64,000 nucleotides of DNA from a virus. Location: IMG/VR virus record IMGVR_UViG_3300045988_182866; one strand, given 5' to 3'. Position numbers and translations under genes: made by a program. The notes beneath the pieces were generated by a model. The model was not told where the DNA came from. It did no database searches and worked only from the letters and a program-made list of their open reading frames with translations. Shown piece after piece: positions 16,822-26,236 of the stretch; positions within the stretch are counted from its first letter, which is position 1, and each line of letters begins with the position of its first letter.

Positions 16822-17667
16822 TCAGATGGTGCCTGCAAAAAGCCTTCTTCGAATTGACATTAAATCTTTTCCAAGATTATTTTCTCCAATCCCATTACAA
16901 ACTCCAAAATAAGTATCTCCCCAGGTATTTTCTTCAATAAGAATTGATTCTCCTGTTCTCATTAATAGAGTTTTAAATGGTTCTTGCTTGAATTTTTCTT
17001 CACAAACTGCATACATAACCATATTTTTAATTCTATCCCAATCTTTTCGAAGGGGAACAGTTTGACCTAATTTCCTAGCTTCTTTCGGAGACAATCCAAT
17101 AAATTGGGCACGAATACCAAGATCTTCAGTCTTAAGAGCTTGATAAGCAGCTTCAGTAGAATTAAAAACCATTCCTTCCGCTATTATTTTAACTTCGGCA
17201 AAATTAGAAAGAAATTTAAAAATGCCTCTAAAATCAGCAATTATACGAGGATAAGAAAAGAAATATCCATTTGTTCCTTTAAAATTATTGGAATCAACAA
17301 TATCCCAATATTTGTTATCATTAAAATTATAAACAAAAGCTTTTCCAAACAAAATTGGAGGAGGCTGATGAGAAATATTAGGCCTCCAGGCTTCCTGAAG
17401 AGTGACAGAATCAGCCCTATCTCTATAATAATAAGAAACAGAATTATCCTTTAAATCGGAAGGAATCCATGAACCAGCGGCAAGTTTATGCGGACTTAAC
17501 CTATGAATATTCCCATTTTTAATTAAAAGTTCTGGACAATCATTATAATGGCATAAAACATTTGATAAGAATTCCATATGATCAGAAGTTCTCATATCAA
17601 ATAGAAACAATTCTAACCAAACTTCTTTAAGACTATCATAGATAAAAAGTTGAGTAGGATAATTCAT
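16822..17667 (-). CDS. NADAR (YbiA-like, DUF1768) domain protein with N-terminal extension
   Basis: C-terminal half LSNFAEV..FNSTEAAYQALK..E..WGDTYFGVCNGIGENNLGKDLMSIRRRL matches NADAR family conserved blocks. Confidence 0.75.
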   Translation of the reverse strand: MNYPTQLFIYDSLKEVWLELFLFDMRTSDHMEFLSNVLCHYNDCPELLIKNGNIHRLSPHKLAAGSWIPSDLKDNSVSYYYRDRADSVTLQEAWRPNISHQPPPILFGKAFVYNFNDNKYWDIVDSNNFKGTNGYFFSYPRIIADFRGIFKFLSNFAEVKIIAEGMVFNSTEAAYQALKTEDLGIRAQFIGLSPKEARKLGQTVPLRKDWDRIKNMVMYAVCEEKFKQEPFKTLLMRTGESILIEENTWGDTYFGVCNGIGENNLGKDLMSIRRRLFAGTI

Positions 17668-18311
17668 TTTCTTTTAATTAAAATTCGTTCTTCTTTAGAT
17701 ATAGGATTAATTTGGCAACCTTTTATTTCAAATCGTTCTTTAAAAGCTTTTTGGTTAATATTCAAAATATAAAAATTCCTTATATCTAATCTATATTTTT
17801 GATAAATCTTGATTGTTTTTAATGAATATAATGTAGCGTAATTAGCTGACAAAGTGCAAAGACCATCAAATGATTGGCAAGAATAAAAATTAAAACCATC
17901 AAATATAATATACTTCTTTTTTAGAAGAGCAGCATGAATAACATTCCACCATTTAATTAAACCAGGATATTTTTCAATTAAAGTTTCCTTTAACCGGCAA
18001 TAAAATTTATAACCTTGTTGTGCCCTTTTACCCTCAAAAGCCAATTTTCTTTTATATTCTTTAATTCTTTTATTGAGAATTTTAACTCGAAGGTTATTAA
18101 ATCTAAAATGGAAAGAATCAATTAAAAGAACTGTTTCAGTATCAACCAACGATAAAATACTTTTTCCAGGAAAAGCTTCCTTAAATCGGAGCCAATGATA
18201 AATGTAATATTCAACAAGCTTCTCAGGGTTTTCTTTAAGATGATCTTCTATACTCCTTCCTAAAGGCTTAATAAGAGTTTTATATAACTCAACTTGAGAA
18301 ATCTTGTTCAT
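17664..18311 (-). CDS. hypothetical protein
   Basis: 215-aa ORF. Confidence 0.45.
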   Translation of the reverse strand: MNKISQVELYKTLIKPLGRSIEDHLKENPEKLVEYYIYHWLRFKEAFPGKSILSLVDTETVLLIDSFHFRFNNLRVKILNKRIKEYKRKLAFEGKRAQQGYKFYCRLKETLIEKYPGLIKWWNVIHAALLKKKYIIFDGFNFYSCQSFDGLCTLSANYATLYSLKTIKIYQKYRLDIRNFYILNINQKAFKERFEIKGCQINPISKEERILIKRK

Positions 18312-18555
18312 AATTAAAAATAAAAAAGTTAAGAGAGGGAGATTTAGTTGCTAAAGCCTCCAATAAGAGCCTGATACTCATTTTACCGGTCAACTTTACA
18401 CATCCTAATCTCTTATAAGAAACCATTAATTTAGGCAAAGTAATCAGTATACCTGCACTAAATGTATTCCTTAATAACAATCCTCAGTCTAGTAAAGGAG
18501 CTACCTTTATACCACTATTGGTCTAAACTTTTATTTGTCTTTCACTTAAAAACTA

Positions 18556-19668
18556 TTAGATGTTCATTAATTTATTATACACCTTGAAACCAATAGGTGT
18601 TTTGCGATAAATCATCCACAGTAGAGTTTGATTCAAGCTAGGATAAGTTTTCAATAACTGAACTACTTCATGGGCATCTTCATAAATATTGATTTCTTTT
18701 AACCTTTTTTGACATTCTTTATAAGGAAGAACTACGAATTGTTCAAATTTTTTACAAACCTCAATCATATTAGGTTTAATATATTCTGCGATCTCATAGT
18801 CAAATTGTTTTTCTACAAACTCATAAAACTGCTTTTGAACTTGTTCAGCTTCAAAAGTTTCCGGATTGAGATAACCATGTTCATACATCGCTTCAGCTAC
18901 TTTGAGTATAGAACTTAAGGTAGATTTCATCCGATGCAAAGTACAATACCAATCTGATTTTATCTTTTTAAGAAGCTGTCCATTATTAAAATAAACAACA
19001 ACTCCTTCAGCCGAAGTCCAGGATTTAATCTTTTCATTTAAATCAATGTAAGATTTAATATCCGGATATTCATATTGCCTTGGCCGTTTAAATTTATATG
19101 TATGAGCAATCGAGTTTAATTCTTTCTGAGTGGCATAAGAGTAATCTTTATGATTAACCTTTCCAATCAGGAATAAATCAGGATTATCATACTTGAGAAC
19201 AATCTGATTCGTTGGGGTTACCCATTCAAAAATCAAAGAAAAATCTGCAGTTTCGTAAGATTTAAAATATAATTCAATCTTGTACTGTTCCAATAAAGGA
19301 TTAAGTTCGGAAGCATTTTTCTGTTGATATGCAGAAATAGTACCTCTGGTTCGAACAATAAGTTTTCCTTTATATTTTGAAACAATCAGACATGAACCAT
19401 CTAACTTTTCGGTTAGAACAAAATCTTTATCATAGTATGGTGCAACTGGTTCAAAAGCTGGCTGTTCATTAAAATTCATGAACTTTCTAAATCCCAATGA
19501 AACTGGGAATCCATCAGAAACCCGCCAAATAGAAGAACGATAAATCTTATTTAAATCAGTAAATTTGGCAGAAATCAAAGGCGTAATCAGAACACAAAGG
19601 TCTCCAGCAATTTCTACTTCTTTAAAAGAAAATTCTTCTTCGGATTCTTTAAACCACTGATACTTCAT
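18556..19668 (-). CDS. rnlA: RNA ligase 1 (T4 RnlA-like tRNA repair ligase)
   Basis: 370 aa; KxDG motif LTEKLDGS, FEWVTPTNQIVLKYD, KKIKSDWYCTLHRMKS; these blocks and length match what I recall of T4 Rnl1 (374 aa). Confidence 0.85.
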   Translation of the reverse strand: MKYQWFKESEEEFSFKEVEIAGDLCVLITPLISAKFTDLNKIYRSSIWRVSDGFPVSLGFRKFMNFNEQPAFEPVAPYYDKDFVLTEKLDGSCLIVSKYKGKLIVRTRGTISAYQQKNASELNPLLEQYKIELYFKSYETADFSLIFEWVTPTNQIVLKYDNPDLFLIGKVNHKDYSYATQKELNSIAHTYKFKRPRQYEYPDIKSYIDLNEKIKSWTSAEGVVVYFNNGQLLKKIKSDWYCTLHRMKSTLSSILKVAEAMYEHGYLNPETFEAEQVQKQFYEFVEKQFDYEIAEYIKPNMIEVCKKFEQFVVLPYKECQKRLKEINIYEDAHEVVQLLKTYPSLNQTLLWMIYRKTPIGFKVYNKLMNI

Positions 19669-19882
19669 ACTTCCAACTAATTATTCCATTTTTATGACAG
19701 ACAGAAATTACTTCAATTTTAAATGAACAAGTATAAGTTATTTTAGTATTATCTTTAGATGACTCAACTGACAAATGAGAAATCAAATCTTTATGAGGCA
19801 TATCAAGAGAAACATAACTATTATCTCTTATATCAACAGCCTCCCAATGAACCCGGAATTCATTCCAATAAAGAAGGAACAT
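19649..19882 (-). CDS. small protein, paralog of 19885..20130
   Basis: shared N-terminal [LI][VL][HY]WN..R.HWEA.D motif. Confidence 0.4.
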   Translation of the reverse strand: MFLLYWNEFRVHWEAVDIRDNSYVSLDMPHKDLISHLSVESSKDNTKITYTCSFKIEVISVCHKNGIISWKYEVSVV

Positions 19883-19884
19883 AA

Positions 19885-20130
19885 TTAGAATCCAGCTGGA
19901 ACGCAGCCATTCTTAACCTGGAGGCTGCCGCCGGGAGTTTTAGTAATAGTAAATGTTCCAGAACGAGAAGGACATTTATAAATTACATAGGCCTCATTTT
20001 CAGAAGAAGAAATTGCAAGAGGCTGAGAAAGCTCATTTTCTCGAGGAATAGCCAAACCGATTGCATTACCAGTCTTGGTGTCCTTAGCTTCCCAACGATT
20101 TGATGAACGATTCCAATGTACGATAATCAT
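19885..20130 (-). CDS. small protein, paralog of 19649..19882
   Basis: shared N-terminal motif VHWNRSSNRWEAKD. Confidence 0.4.
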   Translation of the reverse strand: MIIVHWNRSSNRWEAKDTKTGNAIGLAIPRENELSQPLAISSSENEAYVIYKCPSRSGTFTITKTPGGSLQVKNGCVPAGF

Positions 20131-20180
20131 AATTTTAATTTCTAATTGTTAAATGTTATACTTTTATATTATTAAAACTC

Positions 20181-20411
20181 TTAATTTTTAGAGGTGTTCT
20201 TTACTTTTTCTAAATAAGCCTCAATTTTCAAAACTTCTTTATATGAAAATGATTTATCTTTACACTTAGGGCAAATATGTGTTAATACATCTGGAACAGT
20301 AATAACTTGGCCTTTTTTGTTGGTGAAAACAAAATCTTCAATAACTTTTTGATAATATGCTTTATCATAATTAAAGCATAGAATCTTCTCGTCTGGGACA
20401 ATATTGCTCAT
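20181..20411 (-). CDS. small hypothetical protein with CxxC
   Basis: 76 aa, CPKCKDK. Confidence 0.35.
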   Translation of the reverse strand: MSNIVPDEKILCFNYDKAYYQKVIEDFVFTNKKGQVITVPDVLTHICPKCKDKSFSYKEVLKIEAYLEKVKNTSKN

Positions 20412-21117
20412 AATATGTCATTGAAAGTTCATTAAGACAAATACATTTACAATTTTTAAAATCAAAACTTTCATCTACATGATAATGTCCAAAGAACCAG
20501 AATTTTGGCTGGTAAATATCAAAGATCTTATTAATTATTAGCTGTTCTTCTTGAAGGTCATTACGCAAGTCAGCATCCTGCAAATACCAATAATCGAGGC
20601 GATTATTAGAACACTTAGGAGGTAAGGGACCGCAATGGCTAAGAATACCATGAAGTCCTTTATTTTTAATAATATCTTTTTCAAGTTCATTATATTTGGG
20701 AAAACTAATATTTTCATCAGTCCAGTAAGATCTTTCTATATCTCTAAAACATCTATCAATAGATGTCCCTCCTCCTATACACATGAAAAGATCATCATTT
20801 AATAGAAGCAGTTGATGATCTTTCAAATGAATAATATTCTCATATTCTTCATCAATTAAATCATCTTTCCAATGAGAAGGGTTGTCATGATTTCCTCGAA
20901 GCAAATAAGCTTTACAATTAAGCTTTTTTAATTCATCATTAAGCCAGCCATAGTCAAAAGCATAATTATTATCATTAAAACCTACTCCAATATCTCCAAG
21001 AAGAATCAAATGGGCATCAGCGATATTAAGATCTTTTATCTTTTCAACCAGCTGAAACTTTTTACCATGAATATCTCCAATGAGATAAATGTCACCTTCA
21101 ATCTCAAGCATATTCAA
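20371..21117 (-). CDS. calcineurin-like metallophosphoesterase
   Basis: GDIHG, GDIGVG, GNHD motifs. Confidence 0.7.
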   Translation of the reverse strand: MNMLEIEGDIYLIGDIHGKKFQLVEKIKDLNIADAHLILLGDIGVGFNDNNYAFDYGWLNDELKKLNCKAYLLRGNHDNPSHWKDDLIDEEYENIIHLKDHQLLLLNDDLFMCIGGGTSIDRCFRDIERSYWTDENISFPKYNELEKDIIKNKGLHGILSHCGPLPPKCSNNRLDYWYLQDADLRNDLQEEQLIINKIFDIYQPKFWFFGHYHVDESFDFKNCKCICLNELSMTYYEQYCPRREDSML

Positions 21118-21583
21118 AATCAGGTTTAATTGTGCAAGTATTAAATCTATTCTTCATCCTTTGCATGGTTTCTTTTGGAATATCATGAATAGACCCATAC
21201 TGAGTTGTCATCTTAATTACAAATACTTTTACATTATATTGCTTGGCTGCTAGAAAATAAGCTTTAAACTCTTTATCTGCAAGAAAAGTATTAGAACAAA
21301 TACAGCTATGACCAGCTTTCAACCTAGAAAATGTCCTAGCTTGGCAAAAAATATGGGCGCTATGAAGATATTTTGGATTAAAATTATAATTTCCATCTTT
21401 ATCTTCAAAATATTGGTCCGCTTCAAAATAAGGAATATTAAACTGACTCGAAACCTCCTTCGCCAAAGTCGTTTTGCCAGAACCCGGTAATCCCTGAATG
21501 ATTATCAGACAAGGTGCCTTCGTTGTCAGGATCATCTTTAAAATGTTCTTCAGCTTTTCGTTTTGCATGGAGTTGTAAGTCAT
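21104..21583 (-). CDS. P-loop kinase (polynucleotide 5'-kinase-like)
   Basis: Walker A IIQGLPGSGKTTLAKE; sits between two phosphoesterases near Rnl1; N-terminal ~100 nt overlaps upstream ORF in another frame. Confidence 0.6.
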   Translation of the reverse strand: MTYNSMQNEKLKNILKMILTTKAPCLIIIQGLPGSGKTTLAKEVSSQFNIPYFEADQYFEDKDGNYNFNPKYLHSAHIFCQARTFSRLKAGHSCICSNTFLADKEFKAYFLAAKQYNVKVFVIKMTTQYGSIHDIPKETMQRMKNRFNTCTIKPDFEYA

Positions 21584-22208
21584 TATATTTTTCTTTTTTC
21601 CTTAAAATATCAAGGCACTCTTCCAAAGTAAAATAAATTCGATTCTTTAACTTCAACGCATTGTCAACTCCACAATCAAAAATTTTGCCAAATGAAGAAT
21701 CATCTGCATTTAAATGAGGACTGCCCCCATGACAGTGCCCGCAAAGAACTCCCAAAGCGGCATGATCCCAATCCATAATTGGAAAATGAGAAAGCCAGAC
21801 ATAACATTTCTTGGAAATTCTCAATGGAATATTAGAACCTAAAAGGGCAAGATTTTCATATTCATTATTACTGGTACCGCCAAAAATAGTATTCAATCCG
21901 GAACAGTGGTTACCAGTTAATGTATAAATCTTTTTAAATGGAAAAGTAGAAAATATTTTAATAATATCCGCAGAAGCATCATTAAAGATATTATCTCCTA
22001 GAGAAATCAAATAAGAATCTTTATTATTGATGGCAAGATTATATAATTGGTCCAGACAATAATCAGTGTATTCAGCACAAGAGTTAAATCCTCTTGCCCC
22101 GTAAAGAAATTCTTTGTCATGATTCAAATGAAGATCAGAAACAATAAAAATATTCTTATCATTCAATTCTTTAATCAACGGGCCAATGATATTATGTCTC
22201 AGAATCAT
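21438..22208 (-). CDS. calcineurin-like metallophosphoesterase
   Basis: SDLHLNHD, LGDNIFN, GNHC motifs. Confidence 0.65.
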   Translation of the reverse strand: MILRHNIIGPLIKELNDKNIFIVSDLHLNHDKEFLYGARGFNSCAEYTDYCLDQLYNLAINNKDSYLISLGDNIFNDASADIIKIFSTFPFKKIYTLTGNHCSGLNTIFGGTSNNEYENLALLGSNIPLRISKKCYVWLSHFPIMDWDHAALGVLCGHCHGGSPHLNADDSSFGKIFDCGVDNALKLKNRIYFTLEECLDILRKKEKYNDLQLHAKRKAEEHFKDDPDNEGTLSDNHSGITGFWQNDFGEGGFESV

Positions 22209-22309
22209 ATTTTTTATTTTCTTCTTCTAGCTGTCTTTTGATAACTGGATCGCCTAGCCAGTATATAAAATATTCTTTATCATCCTGAGATTGAATCCAA
22301 AGATACTCA

Positions 22310-23763
22310 AGGCTCTGTCCTACCACAGTGTTGATTTTTAAGGAATCTTTCATGCTGTAAGACTTAATGTGTTGATGTTACCATCAAGACAATGGGTGAA
22401 GCCCCACCCTCTACACCTTGGTCGGAGACCGACATCGGGTGCTTCTTTTCTATATCGATTTTAATTGGATTAAACATTGATTTGTGAGGTGAGAATGTTT
22501 TGCCGAGACCTCTACGCAGTATGTTAGCGGCACCATTGATGTCGGCGTTTAACATGCATCCAACAGAGCTTACAAACAACCCACGTTTCTTTCTCTTACC
22601 CATATATTCATCATAGTGACAAATATCCTCGTCGTCAAGGAATGAGCATTTGGAGGTGTGAGACTCATTGTGAGTTTCCACATTGATACCGGCTTCACTT
22701 GCTTTGTAAGACAACATCCAAATGAGTTGAGAATGTGGAATGCTCACAAAGTTCTGATTGTTTCGTTTACCAATGTTTACTTCCTGCTTCCATCCATCAT
22801 TATGACCGATAAAGCAGTTTCCGATTTTGTTTTCTACCATCAAATCAACCACTGAACGACTAGCCTTGTGCATATAATCTTTTGTTTTGTTATTGCGCTT
22901 TCTAGTAAGTCTCCTGAGTTTCTTTGATGTATTCATATCTCTCTCAGCCAACTTAGATACAATTTCAGCGTAAGTCTTGTTATAATATTGGTTGATGCTC
23001 TTTAATGGTCTGCCATTAACAAGGTGGGATATAGACCCCTCGTTTGAAGTTACAGCCATTAAGTTATCAATACCAATATCTATCCCTACTGCTTTGTTGT
23101 AGTCTAAGTCAACCGGAGAAATCTTTGTTTTGTAGAAGATTTGTATCTCTATACATCCTTGCTTTGGCACAAGACGAAGCTCTTGCAAGGAGGTGAGCTT
23201 CGTTTTAATTGGAAGCTTAAAGTCCTTGCGAATGTTTATCGTTCCGTCTTTCTGGATTTTCGCGTCATTATAAGAGAAGGCAACGGAAAATAACTTATCG
23301 CCATTTGCTTCTTTCTTATACCTGGGCATCCTTGGTTTCCCAGTGAATTTCTGTGGATTCTTCTTGTATGAGTTAAGAGACCTGAACCAAGTAGAGAATG
23401 ATTCGGCACACTTCTTCACAGTTTGTGCTGCTTCGTTATCCTTTAACAACGATCTAAAATCTTTGTCGTTTAACTTCCTCATTCTGGTGATTAGGTCAAA
23501 CACAGAGATAAATTTCTCTTTCCTGATTATGTCTGTGTATTCAGGAATGTTCTCGTGTTTGCCACTAAACGCTTGGCGGAGAATGTATAACGTTCTATTG
23601 TAAAGAGATGTATTCAGAGAGCATTCTTGCACAGCCCAACCATAGAAGGATGTCCCTTCTTTTATCTGGTGCGTTTCAACTCTGATTGCCTCTTCTTGCA
23701 TTCGCTGTTGTATATATTATACCATAGGTTTATCAGAAATCAACACTGTGGTAGGACAGAGCC
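22310..23763 (-). mobile_element. TnpB-only element bounded by perfect 28-bp terminal inverted repeats
   Basis: 22310-22337 is the exact reverse complement of 23736-23763 (AAATCAACACTGTGGTAGGACAGAGCCT); the TnpB ORF lies between. Confidence 0.6.
22364..23701 (-). CDS. tnpB: TnpB (IS200/IS605 OrfB, RuvC-like OMEGA nuclease)
   Basis: 445 aa; C-terminal zinc finger C..C..C..C and RuvC-III motif NADINGAANI. Confidence 0.85.
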   Translation of the reverse strand: MQEEAIRVETHQIKEGTSFYGWAVQECSLNTSLYNRTLYILRQAFSGKHENIPEYTDIIRKEKFISVFDLITRMRKLNDKDFRSLLKDNEAAQTVKKCAESFSTWFRSLNSYKKNPQKFTGKPRMPRYKKEANGDKLFSVAFSYNDAKIQKDGTINIRKDFKLPIKTKLTSLQELRLVPKQGCIEIQIFYKTKISPVDLDYNKAVGIDIGIDNLMAVTSNEGSISHLVNGRPLKSINQYYNKTYAEIVSKLAERDMNTSKKLRRLTRKRNNKTKDYMHKASRSVVDLMVENKIGNCFIGHNDGWKQEVNIGKRNNQNFVSIPHSQLIWMLSYKASEAGINVETHNESHTSKCSFLDDEDICHYDEYMGKRKKRGLFVSSVGCMLNADINGAANILRRGLGKTFSPHKSMFNPIKIDIEKKHPMSVSDQGVEGGASPIVLMVTSTH

Positions 23764-23773
23764 TAAATGTATC

Positions 23774-24280
23774 TTAACCGTCTCTGTATTCATGAACACC
23801 CATTCTCCACTCGGGATTTTCAATAAAATCTAAAACGTTATCTAAATCTGCATAAAAATCATTATCAAAAATGATTTCATCATCATATCCATCAGAATAT
23901 ATTGGACGTTGAATATAGAATTTTTCATTCGAATAATTTAAATTAAGAATATATCCAGACCTAAGTTCTAGACGTCGAATAATTTCTTTATAAGTTTCAT
24001 TCTCTTGAACCTCGGCATAAGAAATATATCTGTCATAATCTTCCTGATTCTGCCAAAAAGCCGGAATACCTGATAAAACTAAAGCAAGTTTGTTATCTGG
24101 GCTAACATCCCCAGTTTCATCAATCCACCAGTCAAAATCAATATTGACAACCTTATCTTTATCGGCTTTGGAACGAGCCCAACCTTTAAAAGATATTCTT
24201 TCAGACTTAATAGGGTAAGTATAAGAATGAACAGAAGATGAATTAGTTTCAAATACTCCAGAACGAGTTACAATTTTCAT
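23774..24280 (-). CDS. FETNSSS-motif family protein (paralog 1)
   Basis: N-terminus MKIVTRSGVFETNSSSVHSY shared with two neighbouring ORFs. Confidence 0.5.
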   Translation of the reverse strand: MKIVTRSGVFETNSSSVHSYTYPIKSERISFKGWARSKADKDKVVNIDFDWWIDETGDVSPDNKLALVLSGIPAFWQNQEDYDRYISYAEVQENETYKEIIRRLELRSGYILNLNYSNEKFYIQRPIYSDGYDDEIIFDNDFYADLDNVLDFIENPEWRMGVHEYRDG

Positions 24281-24283
24281 AAT

Positions 24284-24910
24284 TTAGCAAGAATAATATT
24301 CCGTTCTAATAATCATGGACCGATCAAGAAGGAATGGTTTAATAAGATTTTTTAAATTGGTATAAGTTGTACAATGTTTATCAAATAATTCAGGAAAGAT
24401 AAATGGATTTTCTCCATAACAACCATTATTGATAGGAATCCATCCTAATATTTCAGTAGGATTTTCTGGTTCTTTGAACATTTCACCTAGTTCAAATCCA
24501 TTATCACCGTATTCCTGTTGATAAATTTCTTTAATATCTTTTTGGAATTGAATAAAATCAGAATGATTAATCAATTTATCATAATTTAAACAAAATGATA
24601 CATCAACTTCATAGTAATCACTGAAATCATTAGTACTCCATTTGTCTAATTTATCAATTTGATCGATTTTATTTTGAAGGCAATCTCGATAAAAAGGATA
24701 ATAAGACTGACAAAGAGCTAAAAACTTATCAGAAAATGTCCATATTCCTTCAAACTCAGAATAATTAAATTGAATTTCCTTATCTAGAGGACTAACTTTT
24801 CCAAAGAAAAATTCCCAACCCGGAACTCTTCCTACCTGGCATGTATGAGAAAGAACATGTTCTGAAGAGCTATTCGTTTCAAATACACAATTACGAATTA
24901 CTTGTTTCAT
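24284..24910 (-). CDS. FETNSSS-motif family protein (paralog 2)
   Basis: N-terminus MKQVIRNCVFETNSSSEHVLSH. Confidence 0.5.
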   Translation of the reverse strand: MKQVIRNCVFETNSSSEHVLSHTCQVGRVPGWEFFFGKVSPLDKEIQFNYSEFEGIWTFSDKFLALCQSYYPFYRDCLQNKIDQIDKLDKWSTNDFSDYYEVDVSFCLNYDKLINHSDFIQFQKDIKEIYQQEYGDNGFELGEMFKEPENPTEILGWIPINNGCYGENPFIFPELFDKHCTTYTNLKNLIKPFLLDRSMIIRTEYYSC

Positions 24911-24911
24911 T

Positions 24912-25262
24912 TTAACTTATTCTGAACCAGGCTTTATAGCCAGGATAATTCTGAAGGCGCTTAGAAATAGTCGTAGTATCGCATTCAAAAATATTTGCAA
25001 CTTCAGCTTGAGAAAAACCCATGTAATTCAAAGTTGCAGCAACTTCAACCATACGAGGTGTAACAACTACTTTACTTTTACGTCCTCCGTCAAGTAGTTT
25101 ATTTGTTCGATTATTAACAGAACTAATTTCTACTTTAGTTTTACCTTTAAGCATATTAGCCTGATTTTTATTAAATCGAAATATATTTGTAATTACTTCA
25201 ACAGGAAGTATTTCAGAAAGATTCTTAGCAGCTTGGATGTCTTCTTTATAAATTCTAGCCAT
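24912..25262 (-). CDS. HTH DNA-binding protein (sigma-70 region 4 / transposase HTH-like)
   Basis: 116 aa; TPRMVEVAATLNYMGFSQAEVANIFECDTTTISKRL helix-turn-helix. Confidence 0.5.
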   Translation of the reverse strand: MARIYKEDIQAAKNLSEILPVEVITNIFRFNKNQANMLKGKTKVEISSVNNRTNKLLDGGRKSKVVVTPRMVEVAATLNYMGFSQAEVANIFECDTTTISKRLQNYPGYKAWFRIS

Positions 25263-25326
25263 TTTATAAATTAATTTATATTCAATTTAATTGAAATTAA
25301 TATCTTAAGATTAAAAGGTGCTTAAA

Positions 25327-25752
25327 TTAATTCCAGTTATTATCATTATCAATCATAATTACATAATGATGTCTTAAGAAATCGACATAATCAATCCCTT
25401 CTCTATCCAATAAATTACTTGATTGATGATCAATTGTAGAAGGTTCAAAAGATTCTTTAATATATATTTCAAAATTATTGCCAAAAGCATTATGAACTAC
25501 TTCAGAAAAATGTTCTATTGAATACTCATTGACTATAAAATAAACATATAGATAATTTAATTTTTGTTGAAGTGATTTAATATCATTGCCTACCCATCCG
25601 TAAGATCGAGGATATATGTACAATTTCTCATCTTTTAATAGTTTATTAAATTCTTCGTCAACAGAAATATTTTGATTATCTTGTGCCAAAGATAGCGTAT
25701 GGCATGAAGATGAATTTGTTTCAAATATATTTTTTCTAATTTTCTTTTTCAT
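25327..25752 (-). CDS. FETNSSS-motif family protein (paralog 3)
   Basis: N-terminus MKKKIRKNIFETNSSSCHTLS. Confidence 0.5.
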   Translation of the reverse strand: MKKKIRKNIFETNSSSCHTLSLAQDNQNISVDEEFNKLLKDEKLYIYPRSYGWVGNDIKSLQQKLNYLYVYFIVNEYSIEHFSEVVHNAFGNNFEIYIKESFEPSTIDHQSSNLLDREGIDYVDFLRHHYVIMIDNDNNWN

Positions 25753-26236
25753 TGTAAATTACTTTAAAAGGATCTACATGATTAACTTTTACAATTCTCC
25801 ATTTGGAACCATCCCAAAAATAATGGTAATCATCAAAATATTCTCCAAGATATTTCATATAAACATCTTCCATTGAAGCATGCTCATGAGCCTTGATATT
25901 ATTCCATTCTTCACCTGGACGATTACAATAAAACCTTGAAGCATTTTTATCGTCAGTCTCTTCACCTTTATAAGGAGAATCATAATTTTTATCCCAAATG
26001 GCAAGACCGACGGGTTGATTCAAAAAAGAAACATCACCATGGTTTACAATCCAGTCAGCCAGCTCCTGACTATTAAAATATGTTCTAAGCTGATTAAAAA
26101 GCCAGTCCGGATAACCGTCAGAATGATTATAAACAGAACGATAAATTCCATCCGTTCCCAATACTGTAATACAAGCAGAAGTAGACATTTTAGTTTTTAA
26201 TTTTGTTAAAGATTTCTTCAATAGACTTATAATCAT
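25736..26236 (-). CDS. hypothetical protein
   Basis: 166-aa ORF. Confidence 0.45.
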   Translation of the reverse strand: MIISLLKKSLTKLKTKMSTSACITVLGTDGIYRSVYNHSDGYPDWLFNQLRTYFNSQELADWIVNHGDVSFLNQPVGLAIWDKNYDSPYKGEETDDKNASRFYCNRPGEEWNNIKAHEHASMEDVYMKYLGEYFDDYHYFWDGSKWRIVKVNHVDPFKVIYNEKEN

